DNA of 64,000 nucleotides from Citreimonas sp. (GTDB taxonomy: Bacteria > Pseudomonadota > Alphaproteobacteria > Rhodobacterales > Rhodobacteraceae), in NCBI RefSeq assembly GCF_042096055.1, contig NZ_JBELMH010000009.1:1139-65138 (forward strand). The letters are read 5' to 3'. Of this stretch, positions 58,146 to 64,000 are shown piece by piece; position 1 is the stretch's first letter, and each line of letters begins with the position of its first letter. The translations under genes were made by a program, and so were the position numbers. The notes under the pieces are model-generated. The model saw only the letters and a program-made list of their open reading frames with translations. It had not been told where the DNA came from and made no database searches.

Positions 58146-61100
58146 CCCCCGCATGGCGGCCGAACTGTGCATCACCTCGAACTTCACCTTCCTCACCGGG
58201 GCCTCGCACCCCGAGGAGTACATGGAGCGCGCCGCGCTGATGGGCCTCGAGGCGATCGCCATCGCCGACCTCAACTCGGTCGCCGGGATCGTCCGCGCCC
58301 ATGCCCACGCGAAAGAGATCGCCCGTCAGGTGGCCGAGCGCGACGCGGCCGAGGCGAAAGACGGCCCCATCGGCCCGCCCGCCCCGCCCGGGCACACGCC
58401 CCGGGGTGCCGCCATCCGCAACGTGCCGCGCCTGATCCCGGCCGCGCATCTCGTCTTCGCCGAGGGGGTCGAGATGACCGCGCTGGCGGCCACGCGCACC
58501 GGCTGGGCGCGGCTCTGCCGGCTGATCACCACCGGGCGGCTGCGCGCCGACAAGGGCACCTGCGACATCGCGCTGGCCGACCTGCCCGAGGACACCGCCG
58601 GGCTGGAATTCATCCTGCACCCGCCCCGCGACAAGCCCGGCGCCGCGTGGATGGGCCATGCCCGCGCGCTGAGCCAGCGCCTCGCCGGGCACCTGCACCT
58701 CGCGCTCAGTCCCCGCTACGACGGCGAGGATCGCGGCCGCTTCGACACCCATGCGCGGCTGGCGCTCAGCCTGGGCCTGCCGACGCTGGCGACCGCGCGG
58801 CCGATCCTGCACCACGGGCGGCGGCGCAGGCTGGCCGACGTGCTGACCGCGATCCGGCTGGGCCTGCGCGTCGACAACCTCGGCCGGGCGGCGCTGGCCA
58901 ACGGCGAACAGCGCCTGCGCTCCGAGGCCGAGATGCGCCGCCTGATGGGCCGCCACGCCGACGCCGTCGACCGCGCCGGCGCCCTCGCCCGCCGCTGCGC
59001 CTTCGACCTCGGCACCCTGCGCTACGAATACCCGTCCGAGATCGCCGACGGCGAGACCGCGCATCAGCGCCTGGCGCGCCTCGCGCATGCGGGCCTCGCC
59101 TGGCGCTACCCGGAAGGCGCGCCCGCGCATGTGCGAAAGCTGCTCGCGCACGAGCTCGACCTGATCGGCAAGCTGAAGTACGAGCCCTACTTCCTGACCG
59201 TGCGCGACATCGTCGCCTTCGCCCGGTCGCGCGGCATCCTGTGCCAGGGACGCGGCTCGGCCGCCAACTCGGTCGTGTGCTACGCCCTGGGCGTCACCTC
59301 GGTCAGCCCCGAGATCGGCACCATGGTCTTCGAACGCTTCGTCTCCGAGGCCCGCGACGAGCCGCCCGACATCGACGTCGACTTCGAGCACGAGCGCCGC
59401 GAGGAGGTGATCCAGCACATCTACGAGACCTACGGCCGCCACCGCGCGGGTCTCTGCGCCACGGTGATCCACTACCGCGGCAAGCGCGCCATCCGCGAGG
59501 TCGGCGCCGCCATGGGCCTGTCGAAGGACACGATCGGCGCCATGGCCTCGCAGCTCTGGGGGTTCTTCTCGACCAGCGGGATCGAGCCCGCGCGCCTGCG
59601 CGAGATCGGGCTCGACCCCGACGACCGGCGCCTGCGGCTTACGCTCGACCTGATCGAGGAGATCGTGGGCTTTCCCCGCCACCTGTCGCAGCACGTCGGC
59701 GGCTTCGTCGTCACCGAGGGGCGGCTGGACGAGCTGGTGCCGGTCGAGAACGCCAGCATGGAGGGCCGCACCGTCATCTGCTGGGACAAGGACGACATCG
59801 ACGCGCTGGGGATCCTCAAGGTCGACGTGCTGTCGCTCGGCATGCTGACCTGCATCCGCAAGGCCTTCGACCTGATCGCGGCGCATCACGGGGCGCGCCA
59901 CACGCTGGCGACCCTGCCGCCCGAGGACCCGGCCGTCTACGACATGCTGTGCCGGGCCGATTCCATCGGCGTGTTCCAGGTCGAATCCCGCGCGCAGATG
60001 AATTTCCTGCCGCGGATGAAGCCGCGCTGCTTCTACGACCTGGTGATCGAGGTGGCGATCATCCGCCCCGGCCCGATCCAGGGCGACATGGTCCACCCCT
60101 ACCTGCGCCGCCGCAACGGCGAGGAGACGGTGCAGTTCCCCTCGGACGCGCTGGGGCAGGTGCTGGGCAAGACGCTGGGCGTGCCGCTGTTCCAGGAACA
60201 GGCGATGCAGATCGCCATCATCGGCGCGGGCTTCACCCCGACCGAGGCCGATCGCCTGCGCCGCAGCCTCGCCACCTTCAAGAAGCACGGCAACGTGAGC
60301 GAATTCCGCAGCCGGTTCCTGCGCGGCATGGCGCGCAACGGCTATGACGCGGACTTCGCCGAGCGGTGCTTTTCCCAGATCGAGGGCTTCGGCTCCTACG
60401 GCTTTCCCGAAAGCCACGCGGCCAGCTTCGCGCTGCTGGTCTATGCCAGCGCCTGGATCAAGCGGCACCACCCCGGCATCTTCGCCTGCGCGCTGCTCAA
60501 TTCCCAGCCGATGGGCTTCTACGCCCCCGCGCAGATCGTGCGCGACGCCCGCGAACACGGGGTCGAGGTGCGCCCGATCGACATCAACGCCAGCTTCTGG
60601 GACAACGCGATGGAGCCCGACGGCGTCGGCGGGATGGCCCTGCGGCTGGGCTTCCGCCAGATCCGGGGCCTGTCCGAGGAGGACGCCGCCTGGATCACCG
60701 CCGCCCGCGGCAACGGCTATGCCGCCCTGCGCGACGTCTGGCGCCGGGCGGGTATCGCGCCCTCGGTGATCGCGCGGCTGGCCGAAGCCGACGCCTTCGC
60801 CGGGCTGGGGCTGAGCCGCCGCGACGCGCTGTGGCAGGCCAAGGCCCTCGCCAAGGGCCCCGAGCTGCCGCTCTTCGCCCGCGACATGGACGGCGAGGCG
60901 ATCGCCGAGCCCGCCGCCCACCTGCCCGAGATGACCGCCGGCGAACAGGTGGTCGAGGATTACGTCGCCATGCAGCTCAGCCTGCGGGCGCATCCCGTGG
61001 CGCTGCTGCGCCACCGCCTGACGCCGGGTCTGGACCTGGGGGCGCGGCCGTCTCCGCCGCAAGGCGAGCGTACAAAGACGGGGGCTCTGCCCCCGTCGCC

Positions 61101-61191
61101 TGGCGGCGACTCCCCCGGGATATTTGAAGAGAGAAGACGCCCCGGCGCGCAGCACTTCCGCGTGCCCGCCACGCGCGCGAACCCCGACTGA
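58141..61191 (+). CDS. dnaE2: error-prone DNA polymerase DnaE2, apparently truncated at the 3' end (possible pseudogene)
   Basis: The PHP domain (ELCITSNFTFLTGASHPEE) through the polymerase core is intact up to ...LSLRAHPVALLRHRL (~61020). The last ~55 codons are low-complexity readthrough into a REP-like element, and there is no OB-fold tail. The true start may be ATG 58153. Confidence 0.85.
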   Translation: MIPRMAAELCITSNFTFLTGASHPEEYMERAALMGLEAIAIADLNSVAGIVRAHAHAKEIARQVAERDAAEAKDGPIGPPAPPGHTPRGAAIRNVPRLIPAAHLVFAEGVEMTALAATRTGWARLCRLITTGRLRADKGTCDIALADLPEDTAGLEFILHPPRDKPGAAWMGHARALSQRLAGHLHLALSPRYDGEDRGRFDTHARLALSLGLPTLATARPILHHGRRRRLADVLTAIRLGLRVDNLGRAALANGEQRLRSEAEMRRLMGRHADAVDRAGALARRCAFDLGTLRYEYPSEIADGETAHQRLARLAHAGLAWRYPEGAPAHVRKLLAHELDLIGKLKYEPYFLTVRDIVAFARSRGILCQGRGSAANSVVCYALGVTSVSPEIGTMVFERFVSEARDEPPDIDVDFEHERREEVIQHIYETYGRHRAGLCATVIHYRGKRAIREVGAAMGLSKDTIGAMASQLWGFFSTSGIEPARLREIGLDPDDRRLRLTLDLIEEIVGFPRHLSQHVGGFVVTEGRLDELVPVENASMEGRTVICWDKDDIDALGILKVDVLSLGMLTCIRKAFDLIAAHHGARHTLATLPPEDPAVYDMLCRADSIGVFQVESRAQMNFLPRMKPRCFYDLVIEVAIIRPGPIQGDMVHPYLRRRNGEETVQFPSDALGQVLGKTLGVPLFQEQAMQIAIIGAGFTPTEADRLRRSLATFKKHGNVSEFRSRFLRGMARNGYDADFAERCFSQIEGFGSYGFPESHAASFALLVYASAWIKRHHPGIFACALLNSQPMGFYAPAQIVRDAREHGVEVRPIDINASFWDNAMEPDGVGGMALRLGFRQIRGLSEEDAAWITAARGNGYAALRDVWRRAGIAPSVIARLAEADAFAGLGLSRRDALWQAKALAKGPELPLFARDMDGEAIAEPAAHLPEMTAGEQVVEDYVAMQLSLRAHPVALLRHRLTPGLDLGARPSPPQGERTKTGALPPSPGGDSPGIFEERRRPGAQHFRVPATRANPD
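61080..61165 (-). repeat. REP-like intergenic element, copy B (inverted relative to copy A)
   Basis: Its reverse complement is GCACGCGGAAGTGC...GCGTCTTCTCTCTTCAAATATCCCGGGGGAGTCGCCGCCAGGCGACGGGGGCAGAGCCCCC, which aligns with 26147-26235. Confidence 0.7.
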
Positions 61192-61248
61192 GGCTTGCCT
61201 TGCGCCGGAGCTTTGACGACAGTGCGCGCCGCAACCGGAGGGGAACCC

Positions 61249-61596
61249 ATGATCGCCATCATCTTCGAACTGGTGCCCAAGGAGGGCCGCAAGCAGGAAT
61301 ACCTGGACATCGCGGCCGAGATGCGCCCGATGGTGCACGAGGTCGAGGGCTTCCTGGGCGTCGAACGTTTCCAGAGCCTGACCAACCCCGACAAGCTTCT
61401 GTCGGTCAGCTTCTTCGAGGACGAGGACGCCGTGACCCGCTGGCGCACGCTCGCCGCGCATCGCGGCGCGCAGGCCAAGGGGCGCGACGGGCTCTTCGCC
61501 GAATACCGGCTGCGCGTCGCGCACGTGCTGCGCGACTACACCCTGACGGACCGCGAACAGGCCCCCGCCGACAGCGTCGAGGCCCACGGCGCCTGA
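61249..61596 (+). CDS. antibiotic biosynthesis monooxygenase (ABM) family protein
   Basis: MIAIIFELVPKEGRKQEYLDIAAEMRPMVHEVEGFLGVERFQSL...; ferredoxin-like ABM pattern. Confidence 0.8.
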   Translation: MIAIIFELVPKEGRKQEYLDIAAEMRPMVHEVEGFLGVERFQSLTNPDKLLSVSFFEDEDAVTRWRTLAAHRGAQAKGRDGLFAEYRLRVAHVLRDYTLTDREQAPADSVEAHGA

Positions 61597-61736
61597 CCGC
61601 ATCCCCTTCCGCGGCGGCGTCCCCTCCCCCGGCCACGGGGGAGGGACAGGGAGGGGGCCGAGGCATCGTGCCTCGCGCAGGCGAGCCCGCTGGATCACGC
61701 CACTTCCGCCGGGACGGACCGCAGGGCGGCACAACG

Positions 61737-61763
61737 AAAAAGGCCGGGCGCGCCGGCCCGGCC
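61737..61763 (-). terminator. rho-independent terminator of the aminotransferase gene
   Basis: On the minus strand, GGCCGGGC-CGGCGC-GCCCGGCC followed by TTTTTCG. Confidence 0.75.
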
Positions 61764-61787
61764 TTCGTTCCGTCGCGACAGCCCTGA

Positions 61788-62972
61788 TCAGACGCCGGCG
61801 TCGACGATCGCCTTCGCCAGCACCGGCACCGACTTGGCGTTCAGCCCCGCGATGTTCAGCCGCGAGTCGCCCACCATGTAGATGCCGTGCTGGTCGCGCA
61901 TCGTCTCGACCTGCTCGGGCGTGGCGCCGAGGCGCGAGAACATGCCGCGATGCTGCGCGATGAAGCCGAACCGGTCCGAGCCCGACAGCCGCTGCAGCTC
62001 CTGCGCCAGCTGCTCGCGCAGCTTGAGCATGCCGGTGCGCATCGCCTCGAGCTCTTCCTGCCAGTCGGCGCGCAGCGCGTCGTCGCTCAGCACCATCGTC
62101 ACCAGCCGCGCGCCGTGGTCCGGCGGGAACGAGAAGTTCTGCCGGTTGAGGTAGTTCAGCGTCTGCTGGTGCAGCTTCTGCCGCGCAGGATCGTTCGCCA
62201 CCGCCATCAGCAGGCCGGTGCGCTCGCGGTAGATGCCGAAGTTCTTCGAGCAGCTCGCCGCGATCAGGCACTCGGGCACCGACGAGGCCACCAGCCGCAC
62301 GCCTTCCGCGTCCGCCTCCAGCCCGTCGCCGAAGCCCTGGTACGCGATGTCGATCATCGGCGTGGCGCCCGACTTCAGCAGCAGGTCCACGACCGCCTGC
62401 CACTGCGTCAGGTTCAGGTTCGCGCCCGTCGGGTTGTGGCAGCAGCCGTGCAGCAGCACCACGTCGCCCGCGCCGGCCTGCGCTATGTCCGCCATCATGC
62501 CGTCGAAATCGACGCCGCGCGTCTCGTCGTCGAAGTAGCGGTAGGGCACCACGGGGATGCCCATGTGCTTGAGGATCGACAGGTGGTTCGGCCAGGTCGG
62601 ATCGCTCACGTAGATCTTGGCGTCCGGGTTCGCCATCCGGATCATGTCGAAGCCCTGCCGGCACGCGCCCGTCCCGCCCGGCGTCGCCGCCGCAGCCACG
62701 TTCGCCTGCGGCACCGCACCGCCCAGCACCAGCCGCGACAGCGCCTCGCCGAAGGCCGGATCACCCGCGAGGCCAGTATACGCCTTGGTCTGCTCGACCT
62801 CCCACAGCTGCTTTTCGGCAGCCTTCACGGCGCGCATGATCGGCGTGCGCCCCTCGGGGTCCTTGTACACGCCCACGCCCAGGTCGATCTTCTGCTCGCG
62901 CGGGTCCTCCTTGTAGGCCTGCATCAGCATCAGGATCTTGTCGGGCGGTTGTTCCGTCAGGGATTCGAACAT
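61788..62972 (-). CDS. aromatic-amino-acid / aspartate aminotransferase (class I, AspC/TyrB-like)
   Basis: MFESLTEQPPDKILMLM...GVGVYKD...SKNFGIYRERTG (PLP lysine). The ATG shares one base with the upstream stop (TGATG). Confidence 0.92.
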   Translation of the reverse strand: MFESLTEQPPDKILMLMQAYKEDPREQKIDLGVGVYKDPEGRTPIMRAVKAAEKQLWEVEQTKAYTGLAGDPAFGEALSRLVLGGAVPQANVAAAATPGGTGACRQGFDMIRMANPDAKIYVSDPTWPNHLSILKHMGIPVVPYRYFDDETRGVDFDGMMADIAQAGAGDVVLLHGCCHNPTGANLNLTQWQAVVDLLLKSGATPMIDIAYQGFGDGLEADAEGVRLVASSVPECLIAASCSKNFGIYRERTGLLMAVANDPARQKLHQQTLNYLNRQNFSFPPDHGARLVTMVLSDDALRADWQEELEAMRTGMLKLREQLAQELQRLSGSDRFGFIAQHRGMFSRLGATPEQVETMRDQHGIYMVGDSRLNIAGLNAKSVPVLAKAIVDAGV

Positions 62973-63829
62973 CAGGTGTCTCCTGTGGCGACGGGAAGGG
63001 TGGGGAACTGCCCCCACTCGCTCCAGCTTCCGTCGTAGAGGGAATGGTCGGTCTTTCCCAGGCGCTCGAGCGCGAGGGACAGGATCGCGGCGGTCACGCC
63101 GGACCCGCAGGTGGTGATCACGGGCTTGCCCAGGTCGACGCCGGCGTCCTCGAACGCCGCGCGCAGGCCGGCCTCGTCCTTCATCGTGCCGTCGTCCTTC
63201 AGCAGCGCCTTGAACGGCACGTTCTTCGATCCTGGGATGTGCCCCGCGCGAAGCCCTGCCCGCGGCTCGGGCGCCTCGCCGCGGAACCGCTCGGGCGCGC
63301 GCGCGTCCACGATCTCGGCGTCGCGCAGCTTCGAGGCGGCCGAGACCTGCGTCACGTCGCGCACCAGGTGCGCCTGCCGCCGCACGGTCATGTGCCGGTC
63401 GCGGATGATCGGCTCCATGTCCTCGACCTCGCGCCCCTCGGCCTGCCATTTCGGCAGGCCCCCGTCCAGCACGGCGACGTCGTCATGGCCCATCAGCTTG
63501 AACAGCCACCACAGCCGCGCGGCCGAGAACAGCCCCGCGCCATCGTAGACCACCACCTGGTGGCCGTCGCCGACGCCGATCCGGCGCATCCGGCTCATGA
63601 ACTTCTCGATTGGAGGCGCCATGTGCGGCAGGTCCGAGCGCGCGTCGCTCACGTCGTCGATGTCGACGAACCGCGCGCCGGGGATGTGCGCCGCCTCGTA
63701 CTCGGCCTGCGCGTTCCGCCCTGCGTCGGGCAGGTACCAGCTGGCATCGAGCACGCGCAGATCGGGGTCGCGCAGGTGCCGCGCCAGCCACGCGGTCGAG
63801 ACGAGCGTGCGGGGATCGTCGACGGACAT
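62972..63829 (-). CDS. sseA: 3-mercaptopyruvate sulfurtransferase (tandem rhodanese)
   Basis: ...HIPGARF... and the active-site loop TCGSGVTA. Confidence 0.9.
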   Translation of the reverse strand: MSVDDPRTLVSTAWLARHLRDPDLRVLDASWYLPDAGRNAQAEYEAAHIPGARFVDIDDVSDARSDLPHMAPPIEKFMSRMRRIGVGDGHQVVVYDGAGLFSAARLWWLFKLMGHDDVAVLDGGLPKWQAEGREVEDMEPIIRDRHMTVRRQAHLVRDVTQVSAASKLRDAEIVDARAPERFRGEAPEPRAGLRAGHIPGSKNVPFKALLKDDGTMKDEAGLRAAFEDAGVDLGKPVITTCGSGVTAAILSLALERLGKTDHSLYDGSWSEWGQFPTLPVATGDT

Positions 63830-64000
63830 GAGGCCCTCCCTGGGATCAGAGATTGCTTAGAGGCTTGGCGGGTGGAGGGCAAGGGTGGGGGGCGATGCGA
63901 CGCTTGTAGGACCATCCGGCACTTTGTGCCTAGCCCCCGTGTTCGTTAAAGACGTCGTTAGATGCGCCCGCATCCCCTGGAATACCTTGCAACAGAGCGG

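Noticed and set aside
61621-61677. G/C-rich double hairpin after the ABM gene (CCCCTCCCCC-GGCCAC-GGGGGAGGG and CGAGGCA-TCG-TGCCTCG) as a terminator or a further REP copy
   Set aside because: No T tract follows, and the sequence does not match the REP-like family at 26147 and 61080. It is left unannotated.
57913-62664. 1583-aa minus-strand ORF
   Set aside because: It runs antisense through deoC's 5' end, all of dnaE2, the ABM gene and a terminator, and out of frame through the aminotransferase gene. Its composition is an Arg/Gly/Ala/Pro artefact.

Overview
High-G+C chromosomal segment, most likely from an alphaproteobacterium of the Rhodobacterales type. This guess rests on gene content, an alpha-type LexA direct repeat and CtrA-type boxes. 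About 60 tightly packed genes cover almost the whole window, and most are core housekeeping: ilvD, accD-folC, zapE, rpmI-rplT, pyk, rsmD, map, msrAB, queG, mtgA, gltD-gltB, uppP, rlmH, rsfS, deoC and sseA. Many neighbours overlap by ATGA or GTGA, which suggests translational coupling. I saw no rRNA, tRNA, CRISPR array, transposase, integrase or phage genes, and I cannot point to a convincing novel multi-gene system. The leads worth a second look are: (1) a split SOS-mutagenesis set, with imuB lacking imuA, and dnaE2 lying 35 kb away with its 3' end truncated beside a REP-like repeat, both behind near-identical LexA-type promoters; (2) two exact CtrA boxes bracketing zapE; (3) a candidate terminator-bounded sRNA between folC and zapE; (4) an unannotated 57-codon secreted Cys-peptide gene with a palindromic operator next to a TetR gene; (5) an orphan 293-aa protein whose N-terminus loosely resembles TNT/DUF4237 NADase toxins; (6) an NYN-LOTUS protein followed by a MerR-less B12-binding protein; (7) a low-G+C membrane-protein islet. 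The very long antisense ORFs in the track are G+C artefacts. All homology statements come from motif recognition by eye, not from searches.
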